From positions 6,480-70,479 of the IMG/VR virus record IMGVR_UViG_3300043803_000118: a stretch of DNA of 64,000 nt; one strand, given 5' to 3'. Below the pieces are notes generated by a model, which was not told the DNA's origin, ran no database searches, and saw nothing but the letters and a program-made list of their open reading frames with translations. How positions within the stretch are numbered: position 1 is the first letter of the stretch; each line of letters starts with the position of its first letter. The DNA comes from a virus. Taxonomy: Duplodnaviria > Caudoviricetes. Below are positions 51,401 to 56,949 of this stretch, piece after piece. The translations under genes and the position numbers were made by a program.

Positions 51401-53077
51401 ATACAGTATGGTTTCACTATACCGCAGACACAAATAGTCAAAGGTCAGGGTGTTACTGGTCCTTATGAATTAAACGACAACTATTTGGGTGGTGACAACG
51501 TAGAAAATGCTATCGTTGAGATAGATGGATTAAGAATTGATCCAGATGAGTATTCGTTCGACATTGGTAATCACAATATCTCATTTGCTACTCTGACACC
51601 TAGCGTAAACTCATACATCGGAGTGACTACTTACAATGACACAGAAAGACAATATCTGTTCACTACTCAATATGATACTTCAGATAAGCAAGTCACACCT
51701 ATCAGTCTAGTGAATAATAATATCACGTTAGCAGAACCAACTGTACGTATCACTACAACCATACCGCATAACTTACAAACTAATGATATCGTTAGGATAG
51801 ATGGATGTAATGGTGCACAGCAGTTGAATGATCACCCTGTATTCATTGTAGAAAAAGTTGACAACTATACAGTTAAAATCTTTGACTACATAGAAGGCAT
51901 ACCATTGAGCGCAAGCGGTCCTGTAAACATAGTAGATGCATATCTAGGCGGCGGTTTTATATGGAAGGCATATAGTTGGATATTAGAAAACAAGAGAACA
52001 ACTCAAGCCGTCAGTAACGAACTAGTTGTTGCTAGCGTAAGAGGTCTAGTATCCGGTACTCCAGTGTACTTCACAGAAGAAGGTAAACAACCCGGCGACA
52101 ATCTAACATTGCCGCAACTCATATATGGTCAAAAATACTATATCAAGGAAGTAAACGAATTTACAAATAAATTCAGCATATCAACTACTAGAAATGGTAG
52201 CGAACTTTCATTGTCAAATATGTCTGGACTTGATATCGTAGTGACTCAGTGGGAACAAGATAATGTAGACAGATTGTGGGTAACAGTAAACGGTCGCCGC
52301 CTCGCATCAAGTAATCTAAGATTGAATGACGCTAATGAAGTTAGCATCATATCACAAGTATTACCAGGCGATGCAGTAATAATCACAAGCATGATGCCTT
52401 CAGCAACTCCTGATACTAACACTTATCTACAGATGGTAAATGCTAACGGTGAAGGTCAAGTATACAGAGCAAACTCTGATACTACTACTTGGTTAGAAGA
52501 ATCAGTAGGAGAGTTCACTACTACGATTAAAGTGGGAGATGTAAGCAGAGTAACTAATGTTGTTACTCAAACTAATACTACACCTACAGTATCTTCAGGT
52601 ACTTACAATATCGTATTGTTAGCAAATAGAATTGATATCGCAGAAGTCAGAGTGTATAATAATAATCCTGCAAGATTGGGATATATCGATCAAGATTATT
52701 TGAGCATCAATGTTTCCGGAGTAGGGGCAGTGGTAGAAATACAGCCCGGTACTTGGATACAGACTGGTGATATATTGACTATCACTACATTAGAAGGTAA
52801 GATGATATATATCAACGGCGAATACATGACTATCCTTAGCGTGGATCAGGCAGCAAACTTGATCGAAGTTCAAAGGGGCGCAGCCGGTTCTATGGTCAAT
52901 GTCTATAGTCCTGTATATAGCACAGTATATGGTCTTTTAGAACAGAACCGTATGACTCAGATAAATTATGATATAACTTGGAATAAAATTCCCGGAATTT
53001 ATAATGCGACTGAGGGCGATCCGTTACAGATAGCAGATAGTTCACAAGCAAGATTCTTAAGAACGGATATAACGTAA
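33455..53077 (+). CDS. Giant multidomain baseplate/fibre structural protein (6540 aa), gp7-like position
   Basis: Uninterrupted 19.6-kb ORF directly after gp6; FLP.IFQT..N..FL.ATLDQL start; FG-GAP-like and Asp-box propeller motifs; many beta-rich repeats. Confidence 0.75.
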   Translation: MTRIRTLEFLPGIFQTETNSQFLAATLDQLVNPPVTQTIQGFVGSKFGYGVDAKDYYVTEPNKVRRDYQLEPGVVFLKDNETTAYDFISYPGIIDSLKLQGAITSRNDELFESQFYSWDSFTNLDKIINYNQYYWLPDGPPAVIVAASTVFTENDYIVNSLPEAYNIRAVGAGVGTNNPTITLLRGGTYNFIVDQNTRFWIQGEPGVTGYSPTQPNLNTRDVYGVNNNGEDRGVVSFQVPQKDAQNEFNYPGNNTVGVVSTRPFSQINGARLADIGGIDGVTALNGRTVMFYNTGVTNEIGYVSSFFDQSAYDRNTGSISSPLTINASSINGLGAITVSNVSQLQIGQTVTFVGTGFGGIQAYNADVENAISTNSLIVGKKYFIDQVGTSNWINLGVASSAIVDAQIVGTQLRVYKTVSGSFSIGDTLNGSGVTTGTKILDFDEIATNNNYLNASSVTVGDSYLVRSFVDGAGNTTDFTAMGAPASGVINGSIVGTVLTVNSISSGAVNVGSYITGPGIVKGTYIVSQGTTANTYVINKTQVVTGPMTLQPSVNTLFTATAVGSGSGTVSIPTYTVSINQTVARSNINVYPIQEGTIFTAAANDAGNGFVIPFNPDIYYVTGINTGTNQITISQSLNGPTFLPTSPASGSMTVRINQGLYEQGFYTQVNDTFYTVVFLGDADDPVLSLRPAGSIPIEQKITPQYGTQYVGLHFVKNSTGVIQELPYISAPLDTLYYQDGTNPNRVGVIKLIENNETNLIDVDADILGKTNYTSKNGVVFTNGLKVSFDGDVIPRSYLSGEYYVEGVGTAIELISVTSLEVPEPFTTSTYSPYDILPYDIGPFDEGLNIPNNSDYITIARNSINKNAWARSNRWFHIQVIQATADYNDNSAILDEYAKSTNKAKRPILEFYPNLKLFNSGTIGKTAVDFVDTRTTNAFEYVENQQNYYPDVQTYTAYQGTVNSNNTPITVANLLIDQYYAIETLGSTSTVTWQSLGAIQDQDGGFEIGVEYIITDLGTTTQANWNFIAGTTTTPVSYSVGNKFTAKQSGTGTGNGTALKVLFQTSLAGVLNSDELASGQMYTITSLGTTQWNNIGYVGTPIIGGTFTASGPAIGTGTAIQGNGTVKQKTTTTVTIDPDHVTGTFSQGQWINDLRLNNPSALPIGTRILSIENTDPYQMTVYWPIPSNNIVSAVTSASFVASTKDNTDLLLFPGARVVFAADENLLIRNKIYVVGFNNTGSESYPVITLTEAEDGLVLENDMFSVEKGFSNKGKTFYFDSDEYKQAQQKQTVNQAPLFDIFDENGISYGDETVYNSSSFTGCKLFNYKISEGINDTILGFPISFSSINNVGDISFEVSLYTQQFDYIDNGSSVTSYVNNGFVYDYNTRDEYDRLIGWQTAVAPSTQYQVFQFEYVANDPALVLEPEQTFDYVVTVDVPQLSVDTTIWPSLEVYNNNNILTLGTDYTVENKIDSTVITIKLSEDIDTPIEVLILSNKVSADAYYTIPINLSNNPFNSNPDNVDIGDIRGHYQTIFDNNPDTSGVMFGSNNYRDLGNMVPWGNRIIQNSASLVLPGAFLRNPRHNLFDSLLFNSREYIKFKTLLVDTTDKLNIQQKYDPALILDLALDTITSVKSQDQPFFWSDMIPNKAPYISQTYNFNNQAETSVFPLSKIYDFSTANYDGVLVYLQRKIQGIVVTKQLVRGTDYVVSIDSPSVTVNVFLQTNDKIIVKEYNQTYGSYIPNTPTKLGLYPLYLPSVVLDNTYIEPTYFIQGHDGSYNKLYGDYNETLGMLVDFRDQVLLEFETRVYNNIKLSRTLPIETAEIVPGYFRDTALSYVEFTEIYSKNFLDWIGQNRLDYKTQLYNANDPYTYNYRDSSLKLDNSTVLQGYWRGIYEYLYDTSTPNLTPWDMIGYANKPVWWEDRYGPAPYTSNNLILWTDLQNGIDYNGGQPVVRTLYKRPGLLEIIPVDSQGELRQPIDAVIGNYNQLTFKRDWRVGDDAPVEYSYRKSSTYPFDLMRLEALLKPAAFFNLGADLDNYKYNAEFNQFLVNERNHLVPANIEIYGNGTAKTSYINWVVDYEKQLGVDATKNIKELLTNLDVRLVYRLAGFSDKTLLKFFVEKGTPESRNSSLLIPDESYQILLYQNQPMTKLIYSGVVVQKMQEGYAVFGNSQTTAFFKILKPILNGPKKRVTVQDATVNVADNYSSEEEIVPYGTIYYSLQDVSQFLMSYGAWLTANGAVFDDQIQNVAITWNQMVAEFLYWTQTGFIDGSIITLNPSARKLTIDKESQVVQPLTYDNSNFVLNNNMYPIQNKDLSIFRDGTRFSISPLNEGDAVSYGQFSLSNIEHAVVFQNETLFNDTIYNLESGLKQNRIYVRGTKSGEWNGTLFASGFIYNQDNIQEWVPGLKYTKGAIIKYKNKYFTALKIVQPNLKFKEDEWKETDYDEVQKGLLPNSSTRSYESALYYNANKANLEQDADLLSFSLIGFRPREYMASADLTDITQVNVYKNLIREKGTLNAVKAFKGANLPQGGIDYDVYENWAIMQGTFGGTLNDNFVQFRLKESNLSNNPSIVGITDGNDIEGAQQLVPLYSLFNYGRPVTDPNILPEVTSDIPSATFPTAGYVNVNDVKMSAYFYSNLPTAVGKDGLTVSLSQLNVGDYVWLADYKASWQIMTPSSVGRVLLVRNNLNGTSTVRFADNHNLNRYDIFAIINFDGSVNGYYVANNIIGPKEVLITLTLSPSVRAVVGEGAALRFASQRVTKPGNVQNLPLLNNEFTKNTVWVDENNDGGWAVYRKNINFKYQREFTKENSQKFGSAVAYTPLIDYLFSDPNLGKVYRYQFDATTGDYDLDEILSGVTTFGTTIVHEQNIVAISQPENTPKVSLYTVNDTRVTDNIILYQEILASSIGASITNFGKGLALSGDTNWLFISDYNENPIGTRNKVHVLRKRNQIIDVDNTTVLDAAATYQILDPGTVNWVDLALEPIANETGIYLKWDGTTTPTGEGTAIRCDYQYVATIDGDATIDRFGYSLSTNNDGTILVVGAPSKDLDVVNQGRSYVYNRLVQNYEVPIGTTAPLTFTLAWSPTVGLPLTVSKNGIVIDPSDYSFSGTTFIFTGTYAVGDIITVSGNQFVKIQEMNVSEDNTRIGPQFGHCVDSNTFATEILIGAPFYISSINSEGSVTRYTNGSARFGTITSTSDVNVTTTRQLLINGYLVSIPAGNASAAASAINNATITNVVASANGSKLTISLINSNLALSNQELLISVTNNVTLSELGFQLYAKTQTILNPHLTGPSQFGTVIKFNEHNSVAISAPSGTRYALTTFDFIDDENYQNDTIFDNNSTQFLDSFANAGAVYAYDYLSNYNESLLNIGNYTYAQSVNDTSLDYGAQPRYGSALDWSAGRIVIGSPDYRPEDLDGQVVIYDNTLGTTNWIVLRQTSPVVDIDKVYNVQLFSAETNNTLSNLDYMDPLQGKLLGAIRQNIDVISNIDPAGYNNSAATATLVWGEAQLGTIWFDTSNIRYVDYHQNDNSYNARYWGSLFPGSDVAVYSWVGSTVQPSAYTGPGTPKDISSYTVQTVLNSSNTIVPVYYFWVRNTGIIYNGKSLSDINITQYLINPKSSGISYMAPVRPDAVALYNVKPFLNSNDTVLQLGYSTGSQDNPAHQQFTLIRQDFPDDFLPGVPGTRGYVTPQTLYDRLLDSMSGVDETGAVVPDPFLPKAVQSGVLARPRQSFFYNRYKAIQNYLQYANTIMALYPISEIRSFNFLNTSGRYYDTTDYWENINWWAPGYDNNTKAVLQVQVYADLSTLEVSIGTIVTVAQNSNGSAETYRYDGEGVWTRIGLQNGTIRFKDELYDYSAAGYGFGGTFYDTDSFDVFPSEETRWIIRALNEQIYTSELLIYRNKSLILLFEYIQEETIENQNYLPWLNKTSLIDVSHKVRELRELKNFVSDNEQFLEGYINETKPYHVVIKEFSFDYERTDVYPGTLTDFDLPATYDTNIDKFVSPELVYSNPNTDYEFLPDDSVWTNEKYTEWFNNYGVSLTGQENYHIAKLESYLTLSSQNMIVDNPQGFPVNGTVIIGEEKISYANVDRGTGLITGLTRGVDQTTITDHLPGAQIRIDLPGVLVLDTGRNYANPPRILASIDTTIYPEPKQEAVLEAVMSLGSVVAINVIDPGQGYAVTPEIVIDPAERFSFNSSNVSVANNTIDIYAPILVTGDLVRYVEGTENVGGLANKQYYYINVLSSSPTTTLALYTTYADALNDNNRVKFLTQGTGTQNFEFGARAVPITSSTPIRENNITLRFDRTTYNTQVSDWTANTFYGSEFVSYTLEGASSEVSLASVQPDINRILSSAQGTAFPIVNITNDRDIEWSSFERSIDYIVSNNEIKLVYTSSPGDENPSGSTVGFTIGMPVKFTGVTGPQIIAGQTYYISEIVSLSGFKISLTQGGSTLALTPNSYLDMKMFTAQVIDTAEITTIYSGYRNVTATTQSNDAVKVELTAIGTGGTNGLYTNLPVYFTGTIFGGLEADKIYYVVSVLGSELFTLSETPDPATVRVLEMNAASQIIVQNTNGLEVNDPIVFDSMSINGEAVDTFGNIQRQVIYYIKSIGINVITISTTPGGSTFNTGVVAPANGNYCFITSQASVKQLTNATGSCTMVVSLPVSPGQVDGQKFTFYPTSQHYADITAPNLTYGNLLQKNIEQTLSDNDVAFSSNRTGLYTGFPFTVSATVGANIPSNIGGLQSGKTYYAYDIGNVEIVCQSSTSSTLVYNASFTGTTMNVTSITSGSGVLYPGTLVTGTGVQTNTYIKSYISGTGGVGTYEISKDYFVPVVTTDTTSVTGILTVATDYNTNMIYEGMPIVFSLIPLGGIVSGFTYYVRHIISGTRFTVSQVKDEASISLTVSNGTMLGTGSPSLKAYLPLGSLTTGYKYVIRDVGDGTPSTAWSTIGATYINNVATLTPGQKIIIYTTGTTNWNIIAGTTGVTYNVNDILTVENPGILTVGAGTAFIAEFTATGTGSLTDAGSATVVLAASGDTATLDQEIIADPTFDVGYILGGYSVVINNGGLGFTQNNTITIPGTLLGGTTPDNDLTLTVSRINAIEAGAFSWSLPRESDGEITKVIESGTPIGTATNYFLKVTGTNTFKVYSDPLMQLPVSGINFPYQGFTQKNVTQISATSITMSNVTGLAVNDNIVFTNLPTGLSIVEGQTYYVRSIISNNITIATEPGGTAITVGTAGPFTTNYPVATKPGSFMLLPEPFAFTPSIVKYNNRVWMCIVSNNDDEFVFGKWEQLNSGDRRLNALDRAKGYYDPDVNMPGTDLTQLFTGLTYPNTTYKGNAFEPDQQYPIDTRLVDTPFDPTQVNVPAIEWDGQNYIAPANLPNYAAVIADIEIQDEWLLSTLANQTLSLTDITKGDDVYLMTSANSPTPLFKSVDKVRWSTNGFVVPIGTPPESADFFKVRLIAAGIPLNAVTYHDGLYVAVGKSILTSTDTTMWYERFRFPIFDQFRDLFDVSYVETTAFSGYIAVGVDLLNDALILRSTDGEFWTRVTGLNDRTLKGVASGFNTIYVVGTSAGLLTSPDGVVWQQVSLPGSPSDFNAVTFADNTLVIVGNGGRVYVSTDGVNFTQKFTGTPQNLNDVMYVEERDQWTIVGNNNTILQTQNIAANPVTWDITQVFSSPDPDYTVQGDPFLSGYGPEEMVPGIVSDQLTMIVNTRAGTTWPATEYAHVGYNVVSTEYTIDTVTNKYSFNGIVQDPAYINVFLVNNGTSRTLYSGLNSPNLTYTVDWVNKTVSLGNYVFATGDTLRIDVYEVGNGDQLVKSSTYDDPIELNLTTGFSEIALDCNYNNVGYSSGGIVLPNTSGELYAKPAVFHNGVLLNSGLTNYVLSTQASTHYITTYSTQGLLVDQPIVFSDTIFGGITPNTTYYVRGIINATQFTIKDAAGDPIYLTTASGSAIFVTNDFAVGIANNQINAKVIFAKNYSKVTDYLSYSFFGPSEPIQYGFTIPQTQIVKGQGVTGPYELNDNYLGGDNVENAIVEIDGLRIDPDEYSFDIGNHNISFATLTPSVNSYIGVTTYNDTERQYLFTTQYDTSDKQVTPISLVNNNITLAEPTVRITTTIPHNLQTNDIVRIDGCNGAQQLNDHPVFIVEKVDNYTVKIFDYIEGIPLSASGPVNIVDAYLGGGFIWKAYSWILENKRTTQAVSNELVVASVRGLVSGTPVYFTEEGKQPGDNLTLPQLIYGQKYYIKEVNEFTNKFSISTTRNGSELSLSNMSGLDIVVTQWEQDNVDRLWVTVNGRRLASSNLRLNDANEVSIISQVLPGDAVIITSMMPSATPDTNTYLQMVNANGEGQVYRANSDTTTWLEESVGEFTTTIKVGDVSRVTNVVTQTNTTPTVSSGTYNIVLLANRIDIAEVRVYNNNPARLGYIDQDYLSINVSGVGAVVEIQPGTWIQTGDILTITTLEGKMIYINGEYMTILSVDQAANLIEVQRGAAGSMVNVYSPVYSTVYGLLEQNRMTQINYDITWNKIPGIYNATEGDPLQIADSSQARFLRTDIT

Positions 53078-53242
53078 ATGATAAATAAATCTATAGGACA
53101 AAATTTGAAACCAGACGAGAAAAAAGAGGAAGTAAATTCCAAAAAACCCAACGAAAATAGCGGGGTTTATCTGTCGTCACATGTTAAGATTTTTGACCCT
53201 AACACGAAAGAGATTTTTGTGCAGAAGAGGGCTGACGATTAA
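53078..53242 (+). CDS. Unannotated micro-ORF (54 aa, or 45 aa from TTG 53105)
   Basis: Fills the gap exactly; its stop abuts the next ATG; AGGA precedes TTG 53105; SSHVKIFDPNTKEIFVQKR resembles the next gene's N-terminus. Confidence 0.7.
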   Translation: MINKSIGQNLKPDEKKEEVNSKKPNENSGVYLSSHVKIFDPNTKEIFVQKRADD

Positions 53243-53857
53243 ATGATCACATTAAGTTACAAAATTGAGGGTTTCTTGAAAATCTACGATCCAAATTCAA
53301 TGGAAGTTTTCGTAGATAAAAAGAACGCCATCAACTACGAGAATATGAGTGAAGCACTTGCTGACACATTAAGCAATCGTGGTTACGGTGAGATTTATCA
53401 GATGGCCTTCGGTAACGGAGGTGCTAGCGTAGATGAAACAGGTATTATCACATACCTTCCCCCGAATACAACGGGGCAAAATGCTGCTCTTTATAACGAA
53501 ACCTACGCAAAGATTGTTGACGATACCAGTGTTTTCAACTTAGATCCCACAAGAAATAAGATGACAGTGAATCATACTTCAGGTAGATTATATACTGATA
53601 TTTTAGTTCAATGCTTGTTGGATTACGGTGAGCCTGCAGGACAAGGTGCTTTTGATAATAGCACACAAACGGATTCTAGTTTTATATTTGACGAATTAGG
53701 ACTATTAGCGAATTACGGCACTGATAACAACGGTGAAGTCATAACTAGACTTTTGACCCATGTTATCTTTCACCCGGTTCAAAAATCACTAAACCGTCAA
53801 ATTCAGATAGATTATACTGTGAGAATACAAAGTCTCACAAACCAGATCACTATATAA
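53243..53857 (+). CDS. Conserved virion structural protein (baseplate/fibre-associated)
   Basis: MAFGNGG, LDYGEP, FDELGL, LLTHVIFHPVQKSLNR.IQIDYT.RI; context between baseplate and fibre genes. Confidence 0.6.
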   Translation: MITLSYKIEGFLKIYDPNSMEVFVDKKNAINYENMSEALADTLSNRGYGEIYQMAFGNGGASVDETGIITYLPPNTTGQNAALYNETYAKIVDDTSVFNLDPTRNKMTVNHTSGRLYTDILVQCLLDYGEPAGQGAFDNSTQTDSSFIFDELGLLANYGTDNNGEVITRLLTHVIFHPVQKSLNRQIQIDYTVRIQSLTNQITI

Positions 53858-53860
53858 GAG

Positions 53861-53867
53861 ATAAATA
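53861..53867 (+). promoter_or_regulatory. Late promoter core ATAAATA
   Basis: Followed by GGAG and the ATG at 53889. Confidence 0.6.
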
Positions 53868-53888
53868 AGATAGCGGAGTTATTTTACT

Positions 53889-54818
53889 ATGGCATATACG
53901 ATTGTTAAAAGCGACGGAACTGTATTGACGACCATCGCCGATGGCACTATCAATACGGATTCTACATCACTAGGTCTACCTGGTAGAAACTACGCTGGAT
54001 ATGGACAGTCTTTAGACACTAATTTCGTCCATGTATTAGAGAATTTTGCAGACAGCACCCCACCCGCTAATCCATTACGCGGTCAGTTATGGTTCAATAC
54101 CAATGATAACACATTGCGTGTATGCCCGTCTGACGGCGAAGCAGTAGCGAGTGAGTGGTTGATATTAGCATCAACAAGTAGCACCGGAACAACAACTTTT
54201 GGTAGCGTCACAGTAACAGGTAATCTAGCAGCCAATAACGCTACATTCACTAACAATCTTACTGCCGCTTCTATAGACACTATCAATATCTCTGTATCAG
54301 GCAATGCTAATATTGCTACAGGTAACATAACTGCATTACGCACAACTAGCATCACTACAGGTGGTGTAGGAATTAACGGTTCTATCACAGGTATATGGCA
54401 ACTAGTCGGAGCATCAAGATTGCAAGCGACATATGCTGACTTGGCAGAACGTTTCGAATCTGAGACTGCTTTAGAGCCGGGCACAGTAGTAGAACTGGGC
54501 GGTAAGAAAGAGATTAGAGCAGTTCGATATGAACTATCAGAAGACGTATTCGGAGTGATTTCTGATACGGCAGCATACTTGATGAACAGCGGTGCAGGAA
54601 GCGATGAAACACATCCTCCGGTTGCTGTGTCAGGAAGGGTAAAAGTTAAAGTCACAGGAAAAGTGGTCAAAGGACAACGATTAGTCAGTGCAGGCCAGGG
54701 TTTTGCTAGGGCTGCTATTGACGGTGAGGCCAATGCTTTCAATACTATAGGTCGTAGTTTGCAGGACAAGGTTACTGAAGACGAGGGCACGGTCGAAGCC
54801 ATCGTCATCATAAGATAA
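53889..54818 (+). CDS. Short tail-fibre-like protein with C-terminal intramolecular-chaperone (peptidase G2-like) domain
   Basis: N-terminal L.GRNY.GYG...N..H.LENFA...P.NP..GQLW; C-terminal YADLAE.F...PGTVV..GG..EI...GVIS...AYLMN...PVA..GRV.VKV.G...KG.RLV. Confidence 0.7.
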   Translation: MAYTIVKSDGTVLTTIADGTINTDSTSLGLPGRNYAGYGQSLDTNFVHVLENFADSTPPANPLRGQLWFNTNDNTLRVCPSDGEAVASEWLILASTSSTGTTTFGSVTVTGNLAANNATFTNNLTAASIDTINISVSGNANIATGNITALRTTSITTGGVGINGSITGIWQLVGASRLQATYADLAERFESETALEPGTVVELGGKKEIRAVRYELSEDVFGVISDTAAYLMNSGAGSDETHPPVAVSGRVKVKVTGKVVKGQRLVSAGQGFARAAIDGEANAFNTIGRSLQDKVTEDEGTVEAIVIIR

Positions 54819-54821
54819 ATA
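54815..54821 (+). promoter_or_regulatory. Late promoter core ATAAATA
   Basis: Overlaps the stop of the previous gene; AGGA and the ATG at 54851 follow. Confidence 0.5.
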
Positions 54822-54850
54822 AGATTATAAATTGGTAGGAATTTTAAAAC

Positions 54851-55783
54851 ATGTCATACGCACAATATAACTTGATTGAAGCATCGGATTATAATAACCT
54901 TACAGGTGGTCCGACATCAACCACAGCAAGCACATTAAATGTTACTTGGGCAGGAGGCACCGGTAACGCAGGTTATGGTCAGACTGCTGAAGCAAACGTT
55001 GCCATTGGTGACATAGTAAGTGCCGCAAAATGGGCTAACCTAGTTAATAAGACGTCCAATATAGCGACTCACCAAGGCACATCGATCACTAGCGTAAGCG
55101 CACCAGTAGCCGGCGGTTTGATACAATACGTTTCTGCTATTCCTACTAACTTAACAACAGTTTATAACGCAAGACTAAATGCCCAGACAGTAGGCAGCAC
55201 TACTGCTAGCACAGCAACTCGCGCAACAACATGGTCAACAGGATTGACATTCACACATACTGCAACATTTGCTAACGCAGATGCCGCACGTTATTTCTTT
55301 AATGCGGGTGGTTCATTAAAAATCACTTGCTCACATCCAGGTTCAACTGGAATTGACTTGCTATTCAATAATCTAGCAAGTAATGTAGGTACAATAGTAT
55401 TAAGTTCACCTGTCAGTGGTTCTATCACAGTAGCCAGCGTGACATATAACGGTGTTACTCAAGTAGGCGGTAACGCAGGTGGAAGTGGCGCACAGACTAT
55501 TGCTACAAATTCTGGCTTCTATGCATTGACTGGTGCTAATACTCAACTCTTTAATAAAGTAGCATCTACTGGTCCTGCGGCTTATCTCTCTTCATATATA
55601 AGAGTGATCGGAGCATACACATCACCAGTTGTTACGTTGTACACAGTATGGGATGAAGTCCCTGATGGATACACTGCGGCTTTAGGTACTGCGGTCACGT
55701 TGACTGCACAAGCACCTGAAACGACAAATCTATCCAATACTTGGGGTACAATTTCACTTGCTAGTTCAGTAGCCGGCTCATAA
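54851..55783 (+). CDS. Thr/Ala-rich virion structural (fibre-associated) protein
   Basis: I.A.DYN, GYGQ, W..L..., F...D.ARYFFNAGG motifs; located among fibre genes. Confidence 0.6.
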   Translation: MSYAQYNLIEASDYNNLTGGPTSTTASTLNVTWAGGTGNAGYGQTAEANVAIGDIVSAAKWANLVNKTSNIATHQGTSITSVSAPVAGGLIQYVSAIPTNLTTVYNARLNAQTVGSTTASTATRATTWSTGLTFTHTATFANADAARYFFNAGGSLKITCSHPGSTGIDLLFNNLASNVGTIVLSSPVSGSITVASVTYNGVTQVGGNAGGSGAQTIATNSGFYALTGANTQLFNKVASTGPAAYLSSYIRVIGAYTSPVVTLYTVWDEVPDGYTAALGTAVTLTAQAPETTNLSNTWGTISLASSVAGS

Positions 55784-55809
55784 TTTTTTAAGTACCCTAT
55801 AATATCCAT

Positions 55810-55816
55810 CTAAATA
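55810..55816 (+). promoter_or_regulatory. Late promoter core CTAAATA heading the GT/radical-SAM operon
   Basis: Followed by strong SD GAGGAG and the ATG at 55838. Confidence 0.6.
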
Positions 55817-55837
55817 CTCGCGAGGAGTATATTAAGC

Positions 55838-56143
55838 ATGGATATCAATACACTTTTGGCTGACGCCAAAGCCCGTTTCAGTCACAATTCAGCAAAGCAT
55901 TATCTAAAAGAGAAATACAATTCAAAATTAACCTTTGCCGATCAAGGTGGATTATGGAAGGCTGATAAAGAAACTATCAGCGTATTAAATGCATTCGATT
56001 CGGAAAGAGTTGTCATTATGGACACCTTCGAAAATCCAGTAGAAGTAGATAGAAAAGAATTATTAAGAAAGTTGACTGCTATCTATAACGAAACTATGTC
56101 AGCATGGGTCGCTGAGTTAAAGGAATTAGAGGGTAAACGATGA
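55838..56143 (+). CDS. Hypothetical protein (101 aa), first gene of the operon
   Basis: Strong SD; 4-bp overlap with the next gene. Confidence 0.7.
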   Translation: MDINTLLADAKARFSHNSAKHYLKEKYNSKLTFADQGGLWKADKETISVLNAFDSERVVIMDTFENPVEVDRKELLRKLTAIYNETMSAWVAELKELEGKR

Positions 56144-56949
56144 CACGTGGTGCGATACTTTTCGCATTCAATAGTCCTAAATATGATTATTACGCTATGG
56201 CAGAACATACTGCTAAACGTATTAATCATTTTTTAGACATGCCAGTAACGATTGTTACTGATGAATCATCATTGGCAAGCAAGACAGATTACGAATTTGA
56301 TAAAACGGTAATCATCGAACCTGATCGTACTAATCGTAGAGATTGGGGAATATGGATCAATAAAGGTAGATATCAAGCATATGAGTTAAGTCCCTATGAT
56401 GAGACATTATTGCTTGATGTTGATTATATGGTCAATAGTAATAAATTATTAACGTGCTTTGAGTTATATGATGATTTTTTCTGCCACGATACAACTAGTT
56501 TTGCTATGTATCCCAAGGCTCCTCAAGAAGTATTAAGCGGGTATAGTTTTAATACATTGTGGGCTACCGCAATAGTATTCAAAAAGACACAAAGAGTCAA
56601 ACAAATATTTGAGTCATTAGAGATGGTTCAAAAGAATTTTGCGCATTATTCTAATATTCATCATTTCATTGCTAACACTTTTAGAAATGATTATGGACTT
56701 ACGTTAGCACTGCGATTAGTTAACGGACACACATTACCTAAACAAGACATAATTCCCTGGAATCTATTTCACATAGGCAAAAATACCACTGTGTATGCAA
56801 ACAGTGATGACGAATTCAATACTGAGTATACTATACTTTTTGATAATTGGCAAAGAGGTAAAATAAGAAAAGAATACATCACTGTAAAAGATATGGATTT
56901 TCATGTCATGAATAAAGATAATTTTGTGGAGTTGATCAATCATGGATAA
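56140..56949 (+). CDS. Glycosyltransferase-like protein (GT-A fold)
   Basis: N-terminal GAILFAFN strand, IVTD, SPYDETLLLDVDY (DxD), WAT...F.K, RND. Confidence 0.7.
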   Translation: MTRGAILFAFNSPKYDYYAMAEHTAKRINHFLDMPVTIVTDESSLASKTDYEFDKTVIIEPDRTNRRDWGIWINKGRYQAYELSPYDETLLLDVDYMVNSNKLLTCFELYDDFFCHDTTSFAMYPKAPQEVLSGYSFNTLWATAIVFKKTQRVKQIFESLEMVQKNFAHYSNIHHFIANTFRNDYGLTLALRLVNGHTLPKQDIIPWNLFHIGKNTTVYANSDDEFNTEYTILFDNWQRGKIRKEYITVKDMDFHVMNKDNFVELINHG

